NCBI RefSeq assembly: GCF_009834535.1
Contig: NC_045707.1
Coordinates: 51,958,001-52,022,000 of the forward strand
DNA length: 64,000 bases
Direction: 5' to 3'
From: Camelus ferus
Taxonomy: Eukaryota
Both the position numbers and the translations under genes were made by a program. The first letter of the stretch is position 1. Each line of letters begins with the position of its first letter. Below the pieces are notes generated by a model. That model was not told the origin of the DNA. It saw only the letters and a list, made by a program, of their open reading frames with translations, and did no database searches. Below are positions 27,111-40,790 of the stretch, piece by piece.

Positions 27111-30100
27111 GCGGAGATGAGATGAATGATAGAGAAAGGGAAGCAGCAATTTCAATAGTTGTGATTTTTCTCAAGCCACATTTTAGTTCCTTTGTACAAA
27201 AAGAGGGAAATCAGATGATCCTGATTCAGGATTGGGGTTTTTCACTCACTTTGTTAGTCAAAAAGATAGCCTTTTTGCTTTCCAGAAGCAAAAGACCTCA
27301 TCATTTCCTTTCCACATTCTTCATGGTTAGGCCATGAGTCTCCTTCTGCAAACACTATGACGACACGTTTCCTATCTATTTCTCACTCTACCATGAGTAC
27401 CAGGTCTGGCACTTAGTAGGTGCTCAGGAAGCATTAATGAAGAAAGGGAAAAGAACGGAGGAGAGAAGATAATGAAGGCCGAGGGTGCCCGGGCTACTAG
27501 CATGTGCAGCAGTAATTTAGTGTGGCTGATGGCACACCAAGTGTGAGATTGCAGAGATGGAAAAAATGCAAATTACAAAAGATCTTAAAGGTCAGGTTAA
27601 GTACCGGGCACTTTTTCTATTTAAAAATGATTGTACTCATGACCAAATATTTCAACTTGCAAGCTGCACATTTACATCCCCTACCTCCCCGCTACTATGC
27701 TCAGGGTCAGTCAGCAAAGACTATTTGAGCCAGCATGTAAATTTTTTTTAGAAGTTCACAGGAAGATCTATTTTTCAATGCTCTTAAAAATCACAAGGCC
27801 TGGCATGATTCTCTTTATAATTTCCCACTTGTCAAGTTAAGATTCTGCTCTCAAACTTGATTTTGAGGAGTAGTAGAGGCTTCCTGTAAAGCTCTCCAGC
27901 ATGCAGTAGGATTTCAAACCTAAGCCTCCCACACCTGTGCCGTTCTTTACAGCCAAATGTTTAGAACAAGCAAGCTCCAAATTTTTCAAGCCAAATCAAA
28001 GAATTCCTTGCAAGGGCTTGTGAGACAGTAGAGGGATAGAAGCTGGTTTATATCAAGCAGTAACTTAAAGTAATCAGGGGTGACTCAGCTATATTCAGTC
28101 TCTCTCCTCCTTCCTTTCTAACTCCCTCCACCCCTATTTCTCTATCTCACATCCTAAATTCTTAAATCAGTTGACTCATTGCTCTATCAGGCTTGGGTTC
28201 ACAAATTAAAAAAAAAAAATTAAATTGAATTAAAAAAATCTGACGTCAGTTGTTGGGGGCTAGTGCAGTGCTAAAGGGCAGGTGAAAGTAGTTCTGTTGC
28301 AGTATACCAGATACTGTGGTATCACCAGGGCTATTTTTGTGAAGAAGGCACTGGAATGTCATTGTGTCGTGTACTTTGTCCAGAATTTCACAAATTTGAG
28401 TCTAGTAAAAGTTTAACTGTTCAATGTCACGCAATTACTTCTTCATCTTTTCTTAGCTATGGCACAGGACAAATTCATTATTGTCCTAATGATTAAGTGA
28501 GAACTGGAATAAACAAATTATAATGAGAAAATAATGCAGAGTTTCTATAATTCTATTATAATTCTCTAATGATAAAGGAAAACACAGACTTTAAAAAATT
28601 AAGCAGTTTTTATATTGTCAAAAAAGTAATATATTAAATGATGTTATTTTGTTTGCACAAAATTCTATTTTAACTCTAAATATCTAAATAAATAGTAATT
28701 TATTACTGTTGCAAATTGTTCTCTGTATCATTTTTATTATGCCAACATAATGGCATAATTTCTATATTTATTTACTTGTATAAATGTATATACATTCTTT
28801 AATATATGTTTGAATTTAGGGTTGTGTTGTGTTGGGTTTATATCTTCATATAAACTCAAGCATTCATGCATCTCTTACTTCCCAAATTCTTGTCCTATTG
28901 ATTTAATTTTTTTCACATTTTACTTTTAGTGATGTATGGAAGTTTTCCAACTTTTTGCAACAAATGACCATATCCATGTTTTAATTTTCAATTCAGCTTA
29001 TCTATAAAAAATAGACACTAACTAACCTGAAAATCATGGCACGTGAATGGGGATTTAATTATTTACATTGTTCACAATTTAATGAGTAGATTAATGGAAT
29101 TAATAAAATTATGAGAGTTTTTATATGCCATATCAAAGCAAATTTATTACACATTTATGGAAAACATTGACAGGTACATACATTTATACTCAGAAATATT
29201 GTTAACTGAAGTTAAATGAGTGTATATAATTTTAAATCATTGTTTTATTCATAGTTTTAAAATCATCCACAGTTTCTTCTGGCACTATGCCTAATTTCAC
29301 TAAACATACCCACATTCATTTTAGTATCTTTTACTTTTTCTTAGAAAACAAATGTAAAACTAAAACTAAATAGAATATATTTATGAAAGCCCAACAATAT
29401 TCAAAGTACTAATAGCAACAAAATAGTGTTTTACTTTTGAAAAAGACTGCAGAACTCAGACCAAGTTAGCATTCACTTATAATTTACACTGAGTTGGTAT
29501 AGATTTAGTTTGCCTTAATTGCTCAATAAATCACTTCCTTTCTGAGTAATGATACACTTCTCTGAACAGCAGTAGCATCTGTAGATAGCACCAAGCAAAA
29601 TTAAACTAAAAAATGGACCTCTGCATAATTATCTTTAAAACAAGTGTTAATCAAATCCAAATTCACTGGGCAATTAAATATGTCAGATTTCAAAATTTGA
29701 AGACAAATATGGGACATTATTATTTTCTATCAGATAAATGATAGGATGCTGTTAAATCTGATTACAGAAATGGAATATCTTTAGAATGTCATTACTAATT
29801 GGATTTCCCAGGAAGTTAAATTTTAGCCAGAAAAAAAGTATTCCAAACACTTTTCTAAAATGCCCTAACTGTACTTTGAGCCCACGTATTTTCTGAAAAA
29901 GTATATTTTTAATTAAGGCTTTAGTATTCTGTCAATGACTTGAATTCTAGAGGTAGCTACATTAGGAGTAACATGTATATGTGGATATACCAGGAGTATA
30001 TATTTACTCTACCTAGTAAATTCTAATGTGTGTTGATTTGTCCTTCTGTGTATGTGTCTCATTCTTCTCTCAAATTTTCGCTCAAAGATACATTTTATTA

Positions 30101-31502
30101 TGTATTTAATGTTTTGAGCAATTAATGGTTATTGAAGATTTTAATGAATGTTCATGAATTTAGTCCATCAATTTAAAGTTATGTTTTACATAGTAGGTAT
30201 GAATAGCACTGAGCTGTATGATAAACAGGGCTTTATTTTCTTTAGATTGCCCTCATTTTAACTGTGCTCTTGATCCCACTAAAGTGGAAGAAAATACTAC
30301 CTTTGTTTTTAGGGGACCTTCACTAGGTCTGGAAACTTCATGTTATCTCTCTGTCAACTATGGACATAAGAATCTTTGTCAACACTTGTAACTGCACATT
30401 GCTATGACTCAGTTTCTTTACAAGAACCATGCACCAATTTCCATTTGGGTGTTTTGGCCCCTTTTCACTGTGCTGCTAGGCACCTTCAAAGCCTGAGTGT
30501 CCCTTCCTTCTGGGCTCACAGTCCATGCTCTTTTCCCCTGTCAAGCGATTGGGCTTCTTTATATCTATTAGGTAAATTTTCACCTTCTTGATGTTTCTTT
30601 CAAAGGTGTTTCTCTCTCTTTATAGTTTCCTCAGAGGCATTTTGTAAAACTTCCTTAGTGTGTTTAGACTTCTGGAAATAATAGTTGAGAAAAGGATGTT
30701 TCATCATAACTTTGCTTTCTTTCCAGTGGCAAACCTAGCCATAGGCAAGGAAGCATGGAGATATCTAACTGCTTGAACGGAGAAGAAAAAGTGAAAAGTC
30801 CAGGGAGAATAAAAAAGAATCTCTAAGATTATTATAAATAGGACAAAATACGAGCACACCACCATTTAAAGCTGTGCAGGAAGTATTTTACTATCTGTAA
30901 AAAGTAGTATTTTAAGCCTTGCACTCTGCCTTCAATCCTCTTATTCACCTGATGTGTAAAAGAGAAAAAAATAATAAAAACAAATAAAAAAAACCTTACC
31001 ATTTAAAATATCATTATTTAAGTTTAAAAAGTTCTCATTTTTGTAGTGCTCAAATGCTCAACTTTCTTGACCCTCTGTTCCTTTCAAGATTGTGTTGGAT
31101 CTCAAGATGTATATGACGATCTGGATATGTGTTGTGGAGTGATTCCTCTGCTCTCGGTCCTGGCCTCATGGACCTTGGAAGAAAAATTGTCCTCTCTGGC
31201 TTTTCAGAGTGATTTTTCCACACTTCTTGCTGGTGTCTATGGTCCTAGTCATTTTCCTTATGTATAAAACCCCAAAATGCAGGGGTCTTTTGGTCCTAAC
31301 CCCAACTCTAGACTTACTCTTTATCCCTCTCAATACCTAACTAGAGCACACAGGAACTTCTGGATCCTTTATAGGCTGTGTTTAGACTAGAGAGAGTTAG
31401 AAGACCTTCCTCAGACTCACATCCTTGGCAATTTTCTAATACCCTAGTAATGTTGTTACCTACATGATGTGGTAATTTGTTATGCAATATCTTTTCTTTT
31501 CT

Positions 31503-31600
31503 AGAGCTGTGCTTCTCAACACTGACCAAACATTAAATAAAAAAAAGAAAAACACTTAGAAACTGTTTAAAAAATATCGATGTCCAGAATTAGTTACTAA
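31503..31600. mobile_element. Possible hAT-Charlie (MER5-like) fragment
   Basis: 'gctgtgcttctcaacactg...ttaaaaaatatcgatgtcc' resembles the MER5A start; short. Confidence 0.35.
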
Positions 31601-32379
31601 GAATGAGTCTGTAGTAGGGGCTTTGTATTGACAAAATCTTGAGCTTGCTATTACTTCTGTCCCTGTGGCATTGGTTTCTCTATACCACATTCAACTTCTT
31701 TCTTCTTGTGAATCAGTGTTAATGGTGTCGGTAGTTATTGTCAGTATTCATACGATCCCTTCAAAATTATGGGATAAAATCAATGATTTATTCTACAAGG
31801 ATTGGCTCTTGATATGTGAATGGAAACCAGTGGAACAAAAAACTACATATCTTTTCTAACAAGGTCCATATTTCAAGATTACTACCTTAGTATACACTTA
31901 AAAAAGAAGCAAAACCAAACTAAGACTATTCATTGAAACTTAAATCTAGCCAATGACTTTTTTGTTCCTGGCAGCACTGGCCTTCCCTCTTGTCCCTAGG
32001 TTGAGAGACTTAAAATAGGCCATAGACTATCAGGGAACATAATTAATGGGAGAAATGAAAATTCATCAAGGTAATATTCTCAAATCTCTGGTTACCTTAG
32101 CTATCTACAGATATTCAGTAACAGTCATAACATAACATGCATTCATATATTCCAGTAATTAGGACTTCTAGAGCTGCCATCAGATTGATCTAGTTTAAAT
32201 TTTAGTTCAACGATACACTGGTTAATTACTTTGGAGTAGCTACTTAGTTTCTTTGTGCCTCAGTTTCTTATCTTCTGGGAAATAGTGCCTCATATTTCCT
32301 GTTATGACTAATTTTATCACACAAGGTTAGCAAGGGAAATATCCTTATCATCCTCTGCTTAGAGAATGAATGTACAGTA

Positions 32380-32608
32380 CAGTTGACCCTTGAACAACAC
32401 AGGCTTGAACTGTGCAGGCCCACTTATAAGTGGAGTTTTTTCAGTGGTAAATACTGAAGTGCTGCATGATCCAGGTTGGTTGAATCCAATGGATGAGGAC
32501 CTGAGGATATGGAGGAACAATATATATGGAAAACCACGAATTATATGTGGAGTTTCAACTATACAGAGGATCAGCACCCTTTACTCCACATTGTTCAACA
32601 GTCAACTG
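32380..32608 (+). mobile_element. Tigger2-family MITE
   Basis: TA|CAGTTGACCCTTGAACAA ... TTGTTCAACAGTCAACTG|TA: terminal inverted repeats with a TA target duplication. Confidence 0.92.
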
Positions 32609-32644
32609 TATAATGGTTACATTGTAAGCTTAAGAGCCTAACAA

Positions 32645-33905
32645 CTTCTTTTGTTAAACTGAAGTATAGTTGATTTACAGTATTGTGTTAGTTTCAGTAT
32701 AAAGCAAAGTGATTCAGATATATATATATATGTACTTTTAGATTATTTTCCATAGTAGTTTATTACAAAACATTAAATATTGTTCCCTGTGTTACACAGT
32801 AAATCCTTGTTGCTTCTCTATTTTATATATTTGTTAATCCCATCCTCGTAATTTATCCCTCCCCCTCTTCCTTTCCCATTTGGTAACCATAAGTTTGTTT
32901 TCTATGACTGTGAGTCTGTTTCTGTTTTATAAACGGATTCATTCATATTATCTTTTTAGATTCCACATATAAGTAATACTGTATAATATTTGTCTTTCTC
33001 TGTCAGACATATTTCACTTAGTATTGATAGTCTCTAGGTCCATCCATGCAAATAGCAATATTTCATTCTTTTTGTGGCTGAGTAATATTCCGTGGTACAT
33101 ACATACACTATGTTTTTTATCCATTCTTCTGTTGATGGACAGTTAGGGTCCTTCCATGTCTTGGCTATTGTAAATGGTGCTGCTATTAACATTGGGGTGC
33201 ATGTATCTTTTCAAATTAGAGTTTTCATCTTTTCCAGATATATGCCAGGAGTAGGATTGCTGGATCATATGGTAGCTCTAAAAATAAACTCAAAATGGTT
33301 TAAAGACCTAAATATAAGACATGACACTATAAAACTCCAAAGAGAACATAGACAAAACATTCTTTGACATAAATTTTACCAATATTTTCTTAGATCAGTC
33401 TCCTAAGGCAAAGTAAATAAAAGCAAAAATAAACAAATGTGACCTAATCAAACTTCAAAAACTTTTGCACAGCAAAGGAAACCATCAACAAAATGAAGGG
33501 ATAGCCTGTGGAGTAGGAGAAAATATATGCAAAGAATGTGACCAACAAGGGCTTAATTTCCAAAATATACAAACAGCTCCATACAACACAGTATCAACAA
33601 ATAACCCAACCAAAAAAATAAGCAGAAGACATTTCTCCAAAGAAGACATCCAGATTGCCAACAGGTACATGAAAAGATGCTCACCATCACTAATTATTAG
33701 AGAAATGCAAAGCAAAAAACCACAATGGGGTAGCCCCTCACATTGGCCAGAACGGCTGTTATCATAGAGCCTACAAATAATAAATGCTAGAGAAGATGTG
33801 GAGAAAAGGGAACCCTCCTACATTGTTTGTAGCAATGTAAATTGGTATAGTCACTATGGAAAATAGTATGGAGAGTCCTTAAAAAACTAAAAATAGAGCT
33901 ACCAT
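32645..33905 (-). mobile_element. 5'-truncated, 5'-inverted L1 of laurasiatherian type
   Basis: 32645-33280 is antisense L1 3'UTR plus the ORF2 end; 33281-33905 is sense ORF2 (KINSKWFKDLNIR...RHFSKEDIQIANRYMKRCS). Confidence 0.92.
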
Positions 33906-34110
33906 TAGGATCAAGCCCCTTCTGATCAAACCCCAGGTCTTCCACTTGACATCTGTCTTAATATTTTCAAGTAAATTAACCTCTCTGTGCCTCACTTTTC
34001 TCTTCAATATAATGTAGAATAGTAATAGTGCATTATGTATTACAGTTATTGTGAAGATCTATAAACTATTCCAAGTTCTGAGAATTCTGAAAGTAAGTAC
34101 TATAAGTTTA
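33906..34110 (+). mobile_element. MIR SINE (3' part; 5' part probably near 32612-32645)
   Basis: 'caagtaaattaacctctctgtgcctcacttttctc...taatagtg' is the MIR core. Confidence 0.75.
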
Positions 34111-34299
34111 CTACTATTATTGTTGATTATGATCTTTATTATTACTCTACACACAATATTTTTGGTTACAACTAGCGTGCAAGTCAGTCAACATGTCATC
34201 TTGATTGTATCAGGAATGAATACCATTCGATTTAGACAATCAGAATCAAACCAAGACATGAAGATGTTGAAGGATAAGGAATGTCTCTTTCCTTTGACT

Positions 34300-34560
34300 T
34301 CAAGTTAGTAGAGTGTCTAGGCGGGCTTATGTAGCCAGCCTGTTGTCATGAAGTGTTAGGTAACGACAACTCCTAAAAGGGGAGTTTCAAAGTGAGAAAC
34401 CGAAACTATGAATTTTTTATAGCTTTTAAGCCCATTAGTCTACACTTTAAGGCAAACTTCTCCCAAAGAATTCTAATTATGTGAGTCAATAAATATTCTA
34501 TTTGCTTAAGCAGACATGGGTTGGTTTCTGTTCTTGTGTGATCAAAGAGTCCTAAGAATT
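34300..34560 (+). mobile_element. Old MaLR LTR 3' part (MLT1I/J-like)
   Basis: 'tgtgagtcaataaatattctatttgcttaagc...gttggtttctgttcttg...caaagagtcctaa' resembles an old MLT1 3' end. Confidence 0.6.
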
Positions 34561-36718
34561 AAAGAACCTGTTCTATAGCAGTCTTGTGAAGCTTATATGA
34601 GATAGTCCAGTGTAGTGTTCAGGATAGACTCTGCCACATAGTTCTAAATATTTCTCGGATATTAATAGTAGCAAAGGTTCTTATAGTTTAATGTTAGCAT
34701 AAGTTTTGATGAATATCTAACATATAAATCAGGTGACATTTTATTTTATGAAAGTAAATTTCTTGCCTTACATTGCTTTTTTCCTGAGTCTGTCCTGCTT
34801 TTAGTTTACTCTTAAATTTTTTTTTATTCTTTTACATGAAATTACTTGAACATGAGTACATTTTTTGTCAGCTACACATTTTCAAGTAATTGAAAATATC
34901 TTCTTCAGACTCTCCAAGAATAATCTAATACTGACTTTTTCAATATAAATCGTTGCTTTTGTGGACTGGCTACAAAGGCATGAGAAAAGTATTCCTTTCA
35001 AGAACCCTTTCTAAGTTACAATTACTTTGTACATTGATTTATGATTTCCTTCAAAAAGGTAGACGTTTTCTACATAATGATGTCTTCAAATGACATCAGT
35101 ACTACAATAACTCTTTCGCTGGACAGATCTTTTGATTTTTTTTTCATTCTTTGAAAACTATGTATGTGAAACAAAATGTTGTTTTATTCAGACACTTACC
35201 ATCTATGTAAAAACGTCATATAATGTAATTCTGTTGATTTCTGTAAGATGGTACTTTGCTTTTAAGCAACAAGAAATCACTTCTAGCCTAGTTAAGGGAA
35301 ATAAAAAAATTATTGAAAGGATTCATGATAATTTATAGACCAAAGGAAAAGCAAAACCAGCTCTTGCAAAGGACAGGACACAGGGACGTTTGTAGGAATA
35401 AGAGGAAAATCTGTCCATGACAGTGCAACTGGTGTGTTCCAGCTCCTCCCATTTTCTGTCCTTGTGTCAATGATTGACATTCAGATTCCTGTGATAGAGG
35501 GTCACAATGACCCTTAATAAAAAGGGATAGAGTCCCCTTTTCTAATCACAGCCTGAATTTCTGGTGCTATTTTCTCATTGACTAATTCAACAAAGTATTC
35601 ATTTATAAATTCTTTCACTTATTTCTTAACTATTTTCTTTTATTAAGCTTACACTCCAACATAGCAGAACTTCTTTCTCTCCCCTACTACAAACCAGGTT
35701 TTCCTATATCTTCTACTGTATTTTGTTGTTTCCTCTATCTGGAATAGCTTTCAAACCAACATGTTCAAACTGTGCCCATGTAATTTAAGGTCTTTCTTGA
35801 AATTATAATGTATTCATTTTCTAAGTCAACGTTTAAGCATCAATGCAAACTAACATTTAGGAATACAAGAATGACTAACCCCCAGTCTCTTTCCCCAGTT
35901 TAAGAGAGACAAGAAGTTAAGGAGAGAATTGCAGTATGTCATCTTAAGCGCCCTGATAGAGATGGGTTTTATCAATACACAAATATTGAAGAGTGATATC
36001 TGTGGGATATTAGGGGATAAAGGAGATTTCCAGGAAGTAACAATGCCTAAATTAATTTTTGATAAACTCCTAGAAATGTGTCTGACTGTTGGAAGTAAAG
36101 GTATTGAAGACTAAGATAGGAATATGTGACAAGATGTGGAGAGAGAGAGGGAGAGGGAGAGAGATACCTTTTGACAAGCACATAGTTTGGTAATCTTGAG
36201 TTTAGAAGTCAAAAATTTAATTCTAAGGTGAGTTTTTTGGTTATGTAGAAAAGGAAAAAGACTTTAATTCAGTTAAATGCAAAAAGTATTTGTTTAGAAC
36301 TTCTCTGTGCAAGTATTATAGATAGTATTTTAAAATCATCAGTGAAGTTTTCTTGTTAAAATATTTACTAACTAGGAAGATACAATAAAGTACAAGCTCA
36401 GTACTATGTGAACAGGGCTAAGGGAAGTAGTTCAAAGGACTACTGCTTAGAAATTCAGAGATGGAGAGAGCAGTGGAGCTCAAATAAGAAGAGATGTCTT
36501 CAAGGGGAATAGACGAACACATGTTTCCAGACATATTTTTTTTTTTTTAGGGATAATAAGTAGTATTTCAGAAAAAAAAAAGTTTATGCAGAGGATTCGA
36601 GGTAAGAGAAAACCTAGTGCATTTTATGAAAAAGGAAACCTCTGACCAATTGAAACAATTATTCTAATCACACTAACATATTTAGTTCCCTGGCGCCTTC
36701 ACCTTGTTCTTTTTCCTG

Positions 36719-36750
36719 AAACAACAACAACAAAAAAAAAAAAAAAAAAA

Positions 36751-36786
<36 letters not shown>

Positions 36787-36804
36787 AAAGAAGAGAAAAA
36801 AAAA
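36719..36804. repeat. Compound (CAA)n-(A)n-(GAAA)n microsatellite
   Basis: Seen directly. Confidence 0.95.
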
Positions 36805-37730
36805 GCTTTATATCAAAGCCCAATTCTTAAGTATTTATTTTGTTAGAAGCCATTCATGACCATGCTGTGCGTCCCGTATAAAATCAATCTCATCTTCATC
36901 TGTGTTTTCACGGCACTTTATACATTACTTTTCATATTATTTACCACATTGAATTTAGTCATCTATTTGCCTGCTAGCCTTCATGTCTGCTTTTCTGAAA
37001 TTTTAGAATGCAAGGATACTGTTCTATTCATCTTTGCTGCCCATAACATGTAACATTTGACTGCATACAGCAGGTGTGAGCATTGAGTGCTTACAGATCT
37101 TAAAGGACCATAAGGGGGAATTATGATGCTAAAGACAGAGCAAGCAGAAAAGCAAAGTTGTATCAAATGTTGGAAATCTTTGGCTAAATGATCTGAAAAG
37201 GCTGAAAAAAATAGAAATTTAAGTTGCATACTGGTTTTTAAGTGTTAATACTCCTTGGTAATTTTATAATGTACTTTCAGTCACCAGAGAAAAGGAGGGG
37301 AATTTGGAGTACTTCAAATATTTCAAGCTTTTTCAGTGCTATATTATCCCATGATAATATGAAATTAGATCATAATTTTTTTGTATTAGTTGAAAATTTT
37401 AGTATCAAAATACTGAAATAATAACACCTTTAGTTAATATTGTAATAATAAAGTTATGTTTTATGTCACCTCTGTTGCTTTTAATTGAATAGAAAATATT
37501 TTCACTAAAAACATAAAAAATAAATTATCGTGATGGATTTTACATTTGATACTTCATACCAAAAAAACTATATTTGTGTGACTTCTCTAACCTGTGTAAA
37601 ATTTTCATAACATTTATACTTTCTTCTTGGAATTTGATCTTTCCTCAGAATTGGAAATTAATTCTTAAAGGTATTTGTCTAATTTTCATGTGTGAACTTA
37701 TTACTGAGCAGACGGTGTAGATACTTTAAG

Positions 37731-38101
37731 TGTTATCTTAAGCAACTTGGGCTGCTATAACAAATGTACCATAGACTGAGCGGCTTAAACAACAGGCACT
37801 TATTTCTCATATTCTAGAGTCTAGGAAGTCCAGGATCAAGGCACTAGTAGATCCAGTGTCTGGTAGGGCCCTCTCCCTGTTTTGCAGGAGACCATGTTAT
37901 TGTATGCTTACTCGGCTGAGGGAGAGAGAGGAAACAAGCGTTTTTCTGTTTCTTTTTATATGGACACCAATCCCATCATGAGGGCTCTGAACTTAAAGAC
38001 CTAATTACTTCCCATAGGCTCCATCTCCAAACACTAACAAATCAAGCATTAGGGTTACAAGGTGTGAATTTTGGGGAGACACAAACATTCAGTTCATGGC
38101 A
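37731..38101 (-). mobile_element. MaLR solo LTR, MLT1A-like
   Basis: 'gggctgctataacaaatgtaccatagactgagcggcttaaacaac...gaattttggggagacacaaacattcagttcatggca'. Confidence 0.9.
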
Positions 38102-38479
38102 AATTAGTATTTTCCATAGATTTTACTTTTTAAAATATTAACAACGTTTCTCATTCAGTTTATTACTTATTTAGTAATAGAGAAAATGCATAAAAATAAA
38201 GAATAGCTATTTGAGTTTCAGAACAAGGAAATATTGCTGTTTATTATCTAGGAATCAATATACTGCATTTATTCTCCAGCAAATAGAGACAGACATTTTT
38301 GATAGCTTAGTTTTCTCATATTTAAATGACAAACAGTGCATGAAATGGCTGTATAATTTAGCCACTATATTTATAAAGTTATTCCTGGCAGTAATGCTGC
38401 CTTACATGTAAAGAAGGGAATAAAGAATTATTTTAGCAGTTAACAAACAACTGTTGTTCTAAATCTATACCTTGCATTG

Positions 38480-39035
38480 AATAGAAAGCCCAGCTCTGGG
38501 TAACTGTTTTCCCATAACTATCCTAGTCTCCCTACCATCATTTCCCTTTCTTTACAATGCTACATGAATTATTTTTTTCAAACACAAATTTTGTACTTCC
38601 TCTTCTCTAACCCCCACACTCTAAGTGTGTGGGCACAGACACTGGTCTCCAAAGTCTTTCCTTTTTTCTAAGGTTAAATTAACAAGGCCCTGTATGATAG
38701 ACTCAGTCTCTACTTTCCGCCCAGTCCTTCTTCTCTCTATTGAAGCAGAGAGGGTCACTCTCTGCTCCAGCTAGGCTAGCCTCCGTTCTCTTTTACTCAT
38801 TGTTACACTCATTCACTCATTTACTAAAAGTGTTTGCCCATGCTTCTGCCTCTGTTGTCATAAATGTTGTCAAGGCTGTATTTTCACTACCATTTAGAAG
38901 TATGTGATCATGTTTTCCCTTCCTTGTTAGACTGTGAACTTCATGAAATTGTATATGGCACAATTTTATATTCTCTGTGCTGAGCCCAATTGTCAATACT
39001 ACAGACAACACTTAAAATATATTTTCAAGAATAGT
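38480..39035 (+). mobile_element. L2 LINE 3' fragment
   Basis: 'aacaaggccctgtatgat...ctctgctccagc...ttagactgtgaacttcatgaa...cttaaaatatattttcaagaatagtgaa'. Confidence 0.65.
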
Positions 39036-40429
39036 GAAGCAAGGAACGAATCCTTTGGATTCCATGTGCTCTGCACTCTGGTTATGAGAAGATTTTCTAA
39101 TCTAATCCCAGAAATTCTTGCCACCTCCTATCCAAACTTCTCTAGAGCTTGTGGTCTTTAACTAGTTGAAAGAGCTGCGACAGCATAAGACCCTTACTGT
39201 GTCCTACTAGGAGGACTATAGCATCATTTAATTGCAGTGAATATCCCGATTGGGCAGTGAGGCACTGTCAGGAATCTTGCAGGTCAATATGGGAAAAGGG
39301 ATAGGAGTGGGGACAAAAATCAAGACCTTCAGTGTACTTGTTGTTTGTCACCCTATCACCACGTTGTCCTCAAATTTGATAAGATACAGAATCACCTCAA
39401 GGAATGTTTCATAGCATTGAAAGCTCCTCTCCTGCCTTAGAAGGAAGTTTGATAAAGACTTCCACCCTTAGAATATCCAAAAAAACTTGATTCCTCAAAG
39501 TATCTGACAGTCAGTACTACTGATTTATTTCTAGCCAGTTTGAAGATGACGTTGATTGCCTTTACATTAACATAGTATTTGAAATTCATAAGTGTATCAA
39601 TTTTTGTTCACAAAATGTTTAAGGTGAATACAATTTGATCCTACTTTCATTTAAAAAAAATGACTGAAGCATTTCAGTTTGTTCTCCATAATACAAAACT
39701 TTTCAGGACTAAAGGAGAAAGAGAAGTTAGGTATTAGAATATTTTGCATTTAATTTAAATTTTAAAAAGTTAAAAAAATTGATATAATGGAATTGAGAAA
39801 AGAGATAATAGATCTGGATCTTGTCTACTGGGAGAGATGGCAATAATCATAGAATCACATGAGTAATGATAAAATTGCAATTGTGATAATTTTCTTGAAG
39901 GGAAGGTATGTAAGAAACTCTAGGAGTACATAATGAGATATTAAATGTTAATATTTTTTACTTCCTCTAGGTTTGGGGGAATAATTGAGATTTTACATGT
40001 GAAATAACTTTTTTTCCAATTGCATTAAACCATATATGACATACATACTGTTAATAATATTTCCCTTTCTCAGTCAGACTTTCTTTATGTACCTGCTTCT
40101 AGATTTATATTGTCTTTTAATCTTGTAGCCTTTTTTTTTTTTTACATATTTAAACTGTATATGTGACTATAGCACCACAGAAGACCAGTGTCCTCCATTT
40201 TGTGAGAAAAGCAAAGATGATCACGAAACCATAGACTTCTCTGTTTAAAACAGTGTAAAGTATTGGTATATTGTCAATCCTCTTAAGACTACAATTGGTA
40301 TACTAACAAGATGCCTGAAATTTATTCTCACTTCACATCTAAAACAGATTATATTAAGATAACAGATCATTTAGAATGATATAACATAAAAGCACAGTCC
40401 TTAGCTACTCTGTTATAAACTGAATTCAT

Positions 40430-40790
40430 CTTCTTGGGCTAGAGACTAGGTGACTTAAACAATAAAAATCAATTTTTTTTGTGATTGTGGAAACTGAAAG
40501 TCCAGTATCAAGGTGCCAGGTCTCTGGTGAGACTTCTATTCTTGGCTTTCAGACAACCATCTTCTCTCTGTGTCCTCACATGACATTTCCTTTGTGTGCA
40601 GAGAGAGAGAGAGATCTCTGGTGTCTCTTTGCCTTCTAGTAAGGATCCAGTCCCATCGAATTAGGTTCCCACCCTTATGATTTTATTTAACCTTAATAAC
40701 CTCATTAAAAGCCCTAGCTCCAAATGCAGTCCCATTGGAGGTTCGGGCTTCAACATGTGAATTTTAGGGGGATAGAATTAACTTCATAAC
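40430..40790 (-). mobile_element. MaLR solo LTR, MLT1A/B-like
   Basis: 'gtccagtatcaaggtgccagg...ctgtgtcctcacatg...gggcttcaacatgtgaattttaggggg'. Confidence 0.88.

Noticed and set aside
33092..33767. ORFs with L1 ORF2 peptides
   Set aside because: Frameshifted fragments of a truncated, inverted L1; not a functional gene.
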